Of a DNA stretch of 64,000 nucleotides, positions 19,934 through 29,414 are shown piece by piece. A program made the translations under genes and the position numbers. The notes beneath the pieces are model-generated. The model saw only the letters and a list, made by a program, of their open reading frames with translations, made no database searches and was not told where the DNA came from. Each line of letters begins with the position of its first letter. Position 1 is the first letter of the stretch. Location of the stretch: contig CAWAGQ010000009.1 of the NCBI GenBank assembly GCA_963781585.1, positions 91,566 to 155,565 of the forward strand, in the 5' to 3' direction. The DNA comes from an uncultured Gemmatimonadaceae bacterium (GTDB lineage: Bacteria > Gemmatimonadota > Gemmatimonadetes > Gemmatimonadales > Gemmatimonadaceae).

Positions 19934-20695
19934 CTACCGCCCGCTGCCGGCTTCCTGCTGCTCCGCGTTCGCCGCTTCTTCGCGCCGACGCACGGCCGAC
20001 AGCGATGGGAGCCGCAGCTCGTACTCGACCACGTCACCCGACGGATCGCGCCTGATGTCGCCCTCGGCCGACCCATCCGCATGGGCCAGCGCGGCGCGGA
20101 CCGCGTGCAGCAGACTCCCTTCGCCGGAGAAGAGCAGCTGTCCTTTCGGACAGACGCCCCGCATGCTCAGGCAGACATCGTCACCGCGCATCTGGTACTC
20201 GAGCACAATGGGCTCCGCCCGCTCCGAGCGCCGCACGTTGCCGGCCACGCTCGCCAGCAGCACCAGCACGCATCGCAGCAGCGCCGACTGCCTGACGACG
20301 ATGGGCTCGGTGTCGGGGTCGCCGGTCACCTGGCACGCGACGTGGCGGAGGTCGCTGTGGTGCTCGTGCAGGCGCACCGCCTGCGGCAGGAGATCCTGCA
20401 ACCGCACCGCCTCGGGCACCGCGAGCGACTCGGCGGTGAGCGCGCGATAGAGATCCATCAGCTCGTGGAGGCGCGCCACTTCGCTTGCCATGCCGCTGGT
20501 GAAGCTCTCGTCCATCGATTGCTCATCGGCCAGCAGGATCATCGCCGCCTGGAGGCTCGAGACGCGATTGGTGAGCTGGTGGTTGAGCCCCTTGAGGACC
20601 TTCTCGGCGACGCGCAGCCACTGGTCACCCCAGTAGCGCGCGGGCGTGGGGCCTTCGATGAACAGGTCGCTGGCGATGAGTCGTTCGAATTCCAT
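19934..20695 (-). CDS. Hypothetical protein resembling a degenerate histidine-kinase core
   Basis: GLNHQLTNRV H-box-like motif; C-terminal YELRLPSL; no clear G boxes. Confidence 0.5.
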   Translation of the reverse strand: MEFERLIASDLFIEGPTPARYWGDQWLRVAEKVLKGLNHQLTNRVSSLQAAMILLADEQSMDESFTSGMASEVARLHELMDLYRALTAESLAVPEAVRLQDLLPQAVRLHEHHSDLRHVACQVTGDPDTEPIVVRQSALLRCVLVLLASVAGNVRRSERAEPIVLEYQMRGDDVCLSMRGVCPKGQLLFSGEGSLLHAVRAALAHADGSAEGDIRRDPSGDVVEYELRLPSLSAVRRREEAANAEQQEAGSGR

Positions 20696-20994
20696 GATCT
20701 TCCGGACTGAGAGGGGCGTTCGTGGTCCGCGCGAGGTCAAAGGCCATCGGCCAGAACCGAAGGTCATAGGCCAAAGGTCATGGGCCAGATGCCCACCCCC
20801 GCTGCCCCGCGTGTCCCCCCTACCTTGGTGCACCCTTGCACGGGGTGCCCCCGAGATTGGACGATCCACTTGTGCGCGGGGACACAAGGGAGAGGCCAAA
20901 GGGAACTGGTCATGGGCCATGGGCCATCTGCGACCGCGACGCTACCATTCGGGTCCACACCGCCGCTGTGCATCTGTCTCGCTGACATGCGCGA

Positions 20995-21063
20995 AATTCG
21001 AGTCCGACCCCAACTACCACTGATTACCGAACTTCTCATTCCCGCGAGATTCGAGTCTGACCC
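20995..21063 (+). repeat. REP-like repeat pair (ATTCGAGTCYGACCC)
   Basis: Same motif as the 14215-14293 cluster. Confidence 0.55.
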
Positions 21064-21088
21064 TCGTTTTCCGCCTCATTCTCCGAGC

Positions 21089-22597
21089 GTGAACTGCCGT
21101 TCCCGATCGATCGCCGCCCTCGCAGCCATCCTGCTCCCGGCCGTCAGCCTGGCCCAGAACGGATCGACCTCCAGCGGCGTGGACGCGGTCACAGCGGCGC
21201 TGATCCGGCACCACATCGAGGTCATCGCCGACGACTCGATGCTCGGCCGCGACACTCCGAGTCGCGGACTCGATCTGACCGCGCGGTACGTTGCCGCCAA
21301 CTTCCGGCGACTCGGCCTGAAGCCGGGCGGGGACAGCGGGACGTATCTCCAGCGCTACCGCATCTCGCCGCACAAGATCGACGTCACGCATTCCGCCGCG
21401 GTGTTTCGCGCGGGAGACGTGACCGCCACGGCGTCCTTCGCGCGCAACGCGCGGTATCTCGCCGGTCCTCGCCATGGACACCCGATCACCGGTCCGGCGG
21501 TTCTGCTGGCCGGTGCGCTCGACTCCGCGTTCATTGCCTCGACGGACCTCACGGGACGCGTCGTCCTCTTTGTGGCCGAGGTCGGCGTGCGAGCGTCGAA
21601 GACGAACGCCCTCTACGCGGCGATCGTCGCGCGGCGCCCGCGGGCCGTTGCCGTTGTCACCGATCGCAGCCCCGCGGCGTTCGCGTCGCTCGTCGCCAGC
21701 CAGGCCGGCGGCAACCCCGACGTCGATCTCGACGGGGACGACGCCCCCGTGGGCTTCGAGGCGCACCAGCGCGCGCTCGCCGGGGTCTTCGCCGCGCTGG
21801 GTTTGGACCCCGACGCGCTCCGCGCGTCCGAACGGCCGGTGCACCAGCCGCTCACCGATCTCACTGTGACGGTGACCCTCTCGGACGTGCCCGGCAGCGA
21901 CGCCTTCGCGCCTAACGCGGTCGGCATCATTCCCGGCACCGATCCGGCGCTGCGCAACGAGTACCTCGTCTTCTCGGCGCACATGGATCACCTGGGGACG
22001 CATCCGTCGTCCACCAGGGACAGCGTCTTCAACGGCGCCGACGACGACGCCTCGGGGACGAGCGCGGTGATGGCGCTGGCCGAGGCATTCGCGCGAATGC
22101 CCACCAGGCGATCGATCATCTTCCTCACCGTGAGCGGCGAGGAGAAAGGGCTCTGGGGAAGCCAGTGGTTCACCGCCCACCCGCCGGTGCCCATCGACCG
22201 GATCGTCGCCGACCTCAACCTCGACATGATCGGCCGCAACTGGAAGGACACGATCGCGGTGATCGGCCGCGAGCAGTCCGACCTCGGGGCGACGCTCGCG
22301 AGGGTGAACGCGGCGCATCCGGAGCTTGACATGCACGCGATCGACGACATCTGGCCGCAGGAGAACTTCTACTACCGGTCGGATCACTACAATTTCGCGC
22401 GGCGGGGTGTGCCGATTCTGTTCTTCTTCAACGGCACACACGCCGACTATCACCAGCCGAGCGACTCACCGGACAAGATCGACGCGGAGAAGGAGTCGCG
22501 TATCGTGAAGCTCGTGTACTACCTGGGGCAGGCGGTGGGGAACGCGGACGACCGGCCGAAGTGGGATGAAAGGGCGTACCGGCTGATCGTGAAGTAG
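21089..22597 (+). CDS. M28 family peptidase
   Basis: SAHMDHLG, NGADDDASG, GEEKGLWGS, NLDMIGR, RSDHY, DYHQPSD; start approximate. Confidence 0.9.
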   Translation: MNCRSRSIAALAAILLPAVSLAQNGSTSSGVDAVTAALIRHHIEVIADDSMLGRDTPSRGLDLTARYVAANFRRLGLKPGGDSGTYLQRYRISPHKIDVTHSAAVFRAGDVTATASFARNARYLAGPRHGHPITGPAVLLAGALDSAFIASTDLTGRVVLFVAEVGVRASKTNALYAAIVARRPRAVAVVTDRSPAAFASLVASQAGGNPDVDLDGDDAPVGFEAHQRALAGVFAALGLDPDALRASERPVHQPLTDLTVTVTLSDVPGSDAFAPNAVGIIPGTDPALRNEYLVFSAHMDHLGTHPSSTRDSVFNGADDDASGTSAVMALAEAFARMPTRRSIIFLTVSGEEKGLWGSQWFTAHPPVPIDRIVADLNLDMIGRNWKDTIAVIGREQSDLGATLARVNAAHPELDMHAIDDIWPQENFYYRSDHYNFARRGVPILFFFNGTHADYHQPSDSPDKIDAEKESRIVKLVYYLGQAVGNADDRPKWDERAYRLIVK

Positions 22598-22638
22598 GCC
22601 AGGGGCAAACCGGGACGAAGCTCCCGCCTGTGAACTGT

Positions 22639-23286
22639 CTATCGCATTGACGCCGGCAGCCGCCGAAGCAGCGCCCCGACCGCTTCGATCTCGTCGCCGT
22701 TCACGGTGTGGCCCATTCCAGGATAGATCCTCGTGTCGACCACGGCGCCCAGCCGCGTCAGCACCTCATCCGTCTCATGCAGGCGGTCGAGCGGGATGTG
22801 CGAGTCCACGTCGCTGCACCCGAGGAAGACCGGCGTGCCGTCGAGCGATCCCGGATAATCGCGCGGCGTGCCGTCGGGGCCGATGAGACCTCCGCTCAGT
22901 CCGATGATGGCCCCGTAGCGCCGCGCGTGTCGCGCCGCGTATTCCAGCGTGAGGCATGCGCCCTGGGAGAAACCGAGCAGGGCGGCGCGCTCGAGTGGAA
23001 TGCCGGCCCCCGTGATGACCTCCAGCGCGTCGTGAATCGCCTGGATGCCTGACGAGATCCCGGGCTCGTTGGACTCGATAGGCGCCATGAAGCGATTCGG
23101 GTACCACTGATTGCCGCCGGCCTGCGGCGCCAGATAGGCGATGCCGGGGACGTCGAAGACGCGCGTGAGCTCGAGGATCTTCTCCGCCGTGTCGCCGCGG
23201 CCGTGGACGAGGATGAGCGCGGCCCGCGCCCGATCGGGGGGCGGACCGGCGTACGCGAGCGGCTGGTTCTGGTGGGGTGGATGCAA
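22639..23286 (-). CDS. Phospholipase/carboxylesterase (alpha/beta hydrolase)
   Basis: HGRG, GFSQG, GCSDVDSHIP, GMGH. Confidence 0.88.
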   Translation of the reverse strand: MHPPHQNQPLAYAGPPPDRARAALILVHGRGDTAEKILELTRVFDVPGIAYLAPQAGGNQWYPNRFMAPIESNEPGISSGIQAIHDALEVITGAGIPLERAALLGFSQGACLTLEYAARHARRYGAIIGLSGGLIGPDGTPRDYPGSLDGTPVFLGCSDVDSHIPLDRLHETDEVLTRLGAVVDTRIYPGMGHTVNGDEIEAVGALLRRLPASMR

Positions 23287-23439
23287 AGGTCAGAGGCTAT
23301 AGGCCAGAGGCCATGGGGCATAGGCTACTGCTTGACACTGGATTGGGAAGGCTTCCGCCCGCGTCTGGCTGCCGCGTGCTGCGCGGGTTATCGTCGGGAA
23401 CCGATAACGCGCACCTTCACCTGTTCCGGAGTTCCGCTC

Positions 23440-23826
23440 ATGGCGACGCAACAGGGCGTCACGTTCTATCGCTGGAAGGAGGTCCCGCTGGAAACGGTGA
23501 CGCCGATGCTGGATCGCAAGCTCATCACCGGCGATCGGATGATGATCGCGCAGGTCTTCCTCAAGAAGGGCTGCATCGTGCCGAAGCATTCGCACGAGAA
23601 CGAGCAGCTCACCTACATCATCGACGGCGCGCTGCGGTTCTGGATCGGCGACGACGGGAGCGAGGTGATGGACGTGCATGCGGGGGAGGTCCTGCACATC
23701 CCGTCACACGTGCCGCACAAAGCCGAGGCGCTGGTGGATACGCTCGACGTGGACGTGTTCAGTCCGCCGCGTGCGGACTGGCTGAACAAGACCGACGACT
23801 ATCTGCGGGGAGGGGCGAAGAAGTAG
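23440..23826 (+). CDS. Cupin domain protein
   Basis: VPKHSHENEQLTY...GEVLHIPSHVPH...DVFSPPR. Confidence 0.88.
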   Translation: MATQQGVTFYRWKEVPLETVTPMLDRKLITGDRMMIAQVFLKKGCIVPKHSHENEQLTYIIDGALRFWIGDDGSEVMDVHAGEVLHIPSHVPHKAEALVDTLDVDVFSPPRADWLNKTDDYLRGGAKK

Positions 23827-23836
23827 GGCCTTTGGC

Positions 23837-24145
23837 CTATGATCTTTCTCTAAGCCGGTGTCTCGCTGCCGCGGTCACCCCCACCAGCACTCCCATCACG
23901 ATGAACCAGATCGCCATTCGCGTCTGCGCCACGTGGAGGTCCGTTCGAGATACGTAAGTGACTCCGTTCGGCGTGTGGTACGTCCCGCTGGCCAGCGCGC
24001 TCAGTGCGTGCCGCGCGAAGAAGAACAGGACCACCCCGAACGCGACGAGGATGAGGGCGGCGGCATCCCAGAAGCGGTCCGACGCGCGCACTCGGCGCGT
24101 TCCGGTGCGCGGCTCGATGGCGTTGAATGGGGAGGGCTCGGTCAT
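23837..24145 (-). CDS. Small membrane protein
   Basis: Two hydrophobic segments; coding-like composition. Confidence 0.55.
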   Translation of the reverse strand: MTEPSPFNAIEPRTGTRRVRASDRFWDAAALILVAFGVVLFFFARHALSALASGTYHTPNGVTYVSRTDLHVAQTRMAIWFIVMGVLVGVTAAARHRLRERS

Positions 24146-24383
24146 CCGGTGAGGGTTGCTGGTCTTTCGAGGACGGCCGGCCAAGCCGTCGCGTTTCGAT
24201 CCGGCACGCTGAGCGGGTCGGCCCGTCCCCCCTCAGGCCGGTGGTAGCGCCGCGGACAAGGTCGCGAGACGCCGATGTGACATCGCCGCACGAAATTGGA
24301 CGCGTTGTGCCGCGCCTCACATCCCGCCGGCGACGTGCGCCCCGCAGGGTTGCCGCCGGCGCCGCCGGATCGTCTTTATCCGG

Positions 24384-25490
24384 ATGTTTCCCGCCCTCTT
24401 CCGCCGCCCGCAAGTGGCCCGCGCGCTTGCATTTGTCGCCCTTCCCCTGGGTGCGATTCCGCTCGTCGGCATAGCCGTCGCGGGGCCGCTCCGCGCGGCG
24501 TTCGGCACGCCCGCGCATATCGAGGCGCCACACGCCGTGCTCGTGAACGTACCGGGCCACGGCACCGCCTCGGCGAACCTCTCCCTCGACTCGCTCGCCG
24601 GTCGGAGCGGCAATGTCCGCGTCCGGCTGCTCACGCGCGACGAGGTGGACTTCTATCCCGGGCTGACCGACCGCCTCGGCGAAGCGGTGCGCACGCCGGG
24701 GATCCGCACGGTCCCCTTCCGCACCGACGGGAGTCAGTTCGCGTTCATCACGCTCACGCCGTGGCATGACAAGCGGGGCACTTTCATCAATACGTACCAC
24801 GTGGGGTGGTGGCCGGGCGAACGGCAGCTGATGCCCGCCAACTACGACAACCCCGCCGGATTCATCGAGGTCCGGCCTAACGACGTGGACCTGCGGATCT
24901 CCACCCACTTCACGCTCCGCGACTTCATCACTCACGACCAGGACAACGTCTGGCCGAAGTACGTGGTGCTCCGCGAAGACCTGCTCGACAAGCTCGAGCT
25001 GGTGCTGGCCACGCTGGAAGCGCAAGGCGTCCAGACGCGGCACGTGGTCGTGCTCTCGGGATTCCGGTCGCCGCAGTACAACGCGCGCGCGGTGATCGAG
25101 GGGGCGGCCTACGCGAGCCGGCACCAGTACGGCGATGCCGCCGACGTGATCATCGACGCCGACGGCGACGGCCGGATGGACGACCTCAATCACGACGGCA
25201 TCGTGAACTTCCGCGATACCGACGTGATCAATCGCGCGGTCGAGCGCGTGGAGCGCGCCTATCCGGACCTGGTGGGCGGGCTCGGCCTCTATCAGGCGAC
25301 GGGCCCGCGCGGTCCATTCGCCCACATCGACGTGCGCGGCACCCGCGCCCGGTGGACGAACAGCGCGGCGGTAGCGCGCGCGCCGAGCGACCAGTGGAAC
25401 TTCAACTCGGGCTACAATGCCCAGAGCCCGGCCGTAGGCAAGTGCAAGGCCGAGGGCGCGTTCGCCGCGCTCTGTTCGTCGAATCGTTAG
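24384..25490 (+). CDS. Peptidase M15A / D-Ala-D-Ala carboxypeptidase family
   Basis: SGFRSPQYN, SRHQYGDAAD, HIDVRG. Confidence 0.85.
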   Translation: MFPALFRRPQVARALAFVALPLGAIPLVGIAVAGPLRAAFGTPAHIEAPHAVLVNVPGHGTASANLSLDSLAGRSGNVRVRLLTRDEVDFYPGLTDRLGEAVRTPGIRTVPFRTDGSQFAFITLTPWHDKRGTFINTYHVGWWPGERQLMPANYDNPAGFIEVRPNDVDLRISTHFTLRDFITHDQDNVWPKYVVLREDLLDKLELVLATLEAQGVQTRHVVVLSGFRSPQYNARAVIEGAAYASRHQYGDAADVIIDADGDGRMDDLNHDGIVNFRDTDVINRAVERVERAYPDLVGGLGLYQATGPRGPFAHIDVRGTRARWTNSAAVARAPSDQWNFNSGYNAQSPAVGKCKAEGAFAALCSSNR

Positions 25491-25716
25491 GCACCCACAC
25501 AAAACCCAGGCCTCACCGCCCCCGGGGTGACCTCCCCGGCGCGAGCTTTCGCCCGAGAGACGCGGGCGCGGGCATGCAGCGGAGCCAGCGGTCGCAGCCG
25601 GTCGCCATCGCCTCGCATCCGAAGGCGGCCGGGCCGTCCGTCGTCCGGCCGCGGCCGTCTTGTGACTCCGCGCGGGCGCGGTACATTGGCGGCACACGCT
25701 GCCTGTACGAGGCCCC

Positions 25717-26406
25717 ATGTCGCAGCTGTCACGGCGGTCGTTCGTGGGATGGCTCGGCGGCCTCGCCGCCGCATTCGGGCTCCGCGCCCGGTCGCCCGGC
25801 GGGGTCCTGACCGACAATGCGCTCGGCGTCCATCGTGACGACAGCGATGAGCCTCGCGAGCAGGGAGCCGGGCTCGACATAGCCACGCTCACCCGGATCG
25901 GCGAGGTCGTCCTCCCTTCCGAGCTCGGCGCGGCCGGCGTCGCTCGCGTGTGCCGCGCATTCTCGTCGTGGATCGCCCAGTACCGTCCCGGAGCGGAGCT
26001 GGTACATCCATATGGTAGTGCCGAGCTGCGGTTCGCCGGCCCGTCACCACTCCCGAGGTGGCGCGAGCAGATGGCGGCGCTCGATGCCGCTGGGCGAGAG
26101 GCTCACGGTCGCGCCTTCACGGCGCTCGCGAGAGACGAACGCGAAGCGCTGCTGCGGACGGCACTCGCGAACGAACGGATCGATCGCATGCCCTCGCCGC
26201 TGGGCGCCAACCACGTGGCGCTTGCGCTGGTGTCGTATTACTTCGACTCGGCGGAGGCAACCGACCTCTGCTATCGCGCCCAGATCGGACAGAACCAGTG
26301 CCGGCCCCTGGCGTTCTCCCCGCGCGAGCCGCTCCCTCTCGCCAACGGCGGCCGGGCGCCGGGCTTCAGTCGGGCCGGTGGAATCGATGAGGGCGCCGGA
26401 TCGTGA
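25717..26406 (+). CDS. Tat-exported gluconate-2-dehydrogenase subunit-3-like protein
   Basis: SRRSFV Tat motif; directly upstream of and overlapping the GMC oxidoreductase. Confidence 0.6.
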   Translation: MSQLSRRSFVGWLGGLAAAFGLRARSPGGVLTDNALGVHRDDSDEPREQGAGLDIATLTRIGEVVLPSELGAAGVARVCRAFSSWIAQYRPGAELVHPYGSAELRFAGPSPLPRWREQMAALDAAGREAHGRAFTALARDEREALLRTALANERIDRMPSPLGANHVALALVSYYFDSAEATDLCYRAQIGQNQCRPLAFSPREPLPLANGGRAPGFSRAGGIDEGAGS

Positions 26407-28006
26407 CCGCTCGCGTGATCGAGACTGACGTCTGCATCGTCGGCTCCGGAATCACTGCTGCCATGGTGGCCGAGAAACTCGCCGACGAGCGGAATGCCCA
26501 TATTCTGGTCGTCGAGGCCGGGTGACGAGATGCCGCCGCTGGCGGAGTGGTACAAGCTGCGCGAGCGGTCACTCGAGTACGGCGAGAGCCCGTGGCCGCA
26601 CGATCACATCGACGACATGCAGGCCGAGGGGCCCCTGCAGTCGCGATCGATGTGCGTGGGCGGCCTGGCCATGCACTGGGGCGGCGTGACCCCGCGGTTC
26701 AGTCCCGAGGATTTCAAGACCCAGTCGTTATGCGGCGTTGGCGCCGACTGGCCGATCAGCTACGACGACCTCGAGCCCCACTATCACGAGGCCGAAGTGC
26801 GTCTGGGCGTGGCCGGTGAGGCGGGTCCCGCGGACATCGATCCGCGACGCGATCCGTTCCCGATGCCGATGCTGCCGCTCACGTACAACCTCGAGAAGCT
26901 CAAGGGGTGGGCGGCGTCGGCGGGCATTCCGATGTGGAGCCAGCCGTCGGCGAAGAACTCGGTGCCCTATCGGGGACGGAGCCCCTGTTGCCGGAACGAC
27001 ACCTGCACGCCGATCTGTCCGGTGGGGGCGAAGTATTCGCCGGACGCCACGTGGCGAGCCCTCCGGTCGTCGGGGCGTGTGACGCTCATGACGCGCACAC
27101 TCGTGAGGCGCCTGACGCCGGCCGTCCGGCAGCGACCGGATCGAATCGGCGCAGGCCGTGCAGCGCGACCGGCCGGCCGAGCCGCTGGAGATCAGGGCGA
27201 AGACGTTTGTGGTGGCCGGCGGATATGTCTGGAGCTCCCACTTGCTGCTGCTGTCGACCAGCTCCCGGTTCCCCGATGGCCTCGCCAATCGCTCGGGGCT
27301 GGTCGGGAAGTATCTCACCGGCCACCGCAACGTGCAGGGGTACATCGCGCTCCCGATGAAGCTGTATCCGGGGATCAACGGGCAGCACTCGCTGGTGACC
27401 AGGCATTTCATGCGGAAACCGCGATACGACCGATATCTCCGGCACGACCTGCGGGTGTGGGAGTCGTCATCGGGGCGCGAGGCGCGTCTTCGCGACGACA
27501 CCGGCGCGCTGATGCTCGGCGACGCGATCCTCACCGATTGGCGCGAACGGACGCGCACGGGCGTGGCGCGCGTGCGCTGCTACTACGACGTGATCCCGGC
27601 GCGCGAGAGCGAGCTCACGCTGGATGCCGGGAAGAAGAATGCATGGGGCGATCCGCTTCCGAAGCTCTCGTGGCAGGATTCGGAGACGTCGCGCGACCTC
27701 AGGGCCTGGAGCGAGGAGCAGGTCCGGGCGCTCTTCGCGACGATGGCGCGCGCCGGAAACGGGCAGGTGCTGCGGACGGCGAGCGACCGGTTCCAGGATC
27801 ATCCGGCGGGCGGGTGCCGGATGGGGGACGACGCGGCAACCAGTGTGGTGGATTCACACGGCCGGAGCCACGATCATGAGAATCTGTTCGTGGTAGGGGC
27901 GCCGACGTCGGTGAGCGGAAGCTGCGCGAACGCGACGTTGACGTTCTGCGCGCTGTCGCTCCGCGCGGCGGGCGAGGTGGGGCGGGGGTACGGGGCCAAG
28001 GGATAG
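26403..28006 (+). pseudogene. GMC family oxidoreductase with two frameshifts (possibly assembly errors)
   Basis: GTG start, DVCIVGSG..VVEAG in one frame; shift near 26520 into the ORF with CRNDTCTPICPVGAKY; shift near 27130 into the ORF with NRSGLVGKYL, HPAGGCRMG, ENLFVVG. Confidence 0.8.
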
Positions 28007-28013
28007 GCATAGG

Positions 28014-28104
28014 AAAGGCCAAAGGCCATAGGCCAAAGGCCAAAGGCCAAAGGCCAAAGGCCAAAGGCCAAAGGCCAAAGGCCAAAGGCCAAAGGCCAAA
28101 GGCC
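28014..28104 (+). repeat. Heptamer tandem repeat (AAAGGCC)x13
   Basis: 13 consecutive units, one variant ATAGGCC; intergenic. Confidence 0.95.
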
Positions 28105-28157
28105 AAAGTCAGATGAATCACCGTTAACCATTGTCAACTGCCAACCGGCTCCTCACC

Positions 28158-29414
28158 ATGTTCATTCTCCCTGTCTGTCGCGCCGCTGCGGTGATGCTTG
28201 GCGCCGTCCTGATCGCGGCACCGACCGCGGCCCAATCGCCCACCATTGCCCTCACTGCCGCCCGGGTCGTCGATGGGGCCGGACACGTCATCCCGAACGG
28301 CGTGGTGCTCGTCACGGGCGACCGCATAACGAGCGTGGGGCCGCGTGCCAGGCAGAGCGGCACGGTGTACGACCTCGGCGACGCCACGATCATGCCCGGC
28401 CTGATCGACACCCACGACCACATCGTCTGGTACTTCAATGCCAAGGGGCGGTACCACACCGGCGATGACGGCGAGACTCCTGTTCAGGGAATGCTCGCCG
28501 CCGCGGGCAATGCGTGGGTCACGCTCATGGGCGGCGTCACCACGCTCCAGAGCCCCGGCGCCGCGCAGGACAAGGATCTTCGCGACGCGATCGCACGTGG
28601 CGAGATCCCCGGTCCCCGCATCCTCACGTCGCTCGGCTCGCTCAGCGAGCGGAGCGGGACGCCGGACCAGCTCCGCGAACGCATCCGCCAGTTCAAGGAG
28701 CGCGGGGCGGACTTCATCAAGCTGTTCGCGTCCAAGAGCATCCGGGACGGCGGCGACCAGACGATGACCGACGAACAGCTCCAGGCCGCCTGCGGCGAGG
28801 CCAAGTCGTTAGGACTGCGGACGCTCGTTCACGCCCACGCGGCGGCGGCGGTGAAGGCGGCGGTGCTTGCCGGGTGCACGTCGATCGAGCACGGCGTGTT
28901 CGTCACCCCCGAGGTGCTCCAGCTCATGGCGCAGCGCGGCACGTACTTCGACCCGCAGTGCGGGCTCGTCTTCCGGAACTACCTCGACAACCGCGCCAAG
29001 TACGAGGGCATCGGCAACTATAATGAAGAGGGCTTCGCGTACATGGAGAAGGCGATCCCCCTCGCCACCGAGGCGATCAGGAAGGCGCTCGCCATACCAG
29101 GCCTCAAGGTCATCTTCGGGACCGATGCCGTGGCCGGAGCGCATGGACGTAACGTGGAGGACCTCATCTGCCGCGTGAACGAGGCCGGACAGAAGCCGCT
29201 CGACGCGATCACGTCCGCCACCGGGCTCGCCGCCCAGTCGATGCAGCTCTCCGATTCACTCGGCACGCTGGCACCCAACAAGATTGCCGACATCATCGCG
29301 GTGGCTGGGAATCCGCTGGCCGATTTCACGGCGATGCGCCACGTGATGTTCGTGATGAAGGGCGGGATCATCTACAAGAACGTGAAGGCCGCGGACGCGA
29401 TGGGCGGGCGATGA
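28158..29414 (+). CDS. Amidohydrolase family protein
   Basis: MPGLIDTHDH, HAH, SIEHG, FGTDA, ADIIAV.GNPL. Confidence 0.88.
   Translation: MFILPVCRAAAVMLGAVLIAAPTAAQSPTIALTAARVVDGAGHVIPNGVVLVTGDRITSVGPRARQSGTVYDLGDATIMPGLIDTHDHIVWYFNAKGRYHTGDDGETPVQGMLAAAGNAWVTLMGGVTTLQSPGAAQDKDLRDAIARGEIPGPRILTSLGSLSERSGTPDQLRERIRQFKERGADFIKLFASKSIRDGGDQTMTDEQLQAACGEAKSLGLRTLVHAHAAAAVKAAVLAGCTSIEHGVFVTPEVLQLMAQRGTYFDPQCGLVFRNYLDNRAKYEGIGNYNEEGFAYMEKAIPLATEAIRKALAIPGLKVIFGTDAVAGAHGRNVEDLICRVNEAGQKPLDAITSATGLAAQSMQLSDSLGTLAPNKIADIIAVAGNPLADFTAMRHVMFVMKGGIIYKNVKAADAMGGR

Noticed and set aside
27699..28137. ORFs reading (FGLWPLA)n
   Set aside because: Translation artefact of the AAAGGCC heptamer array
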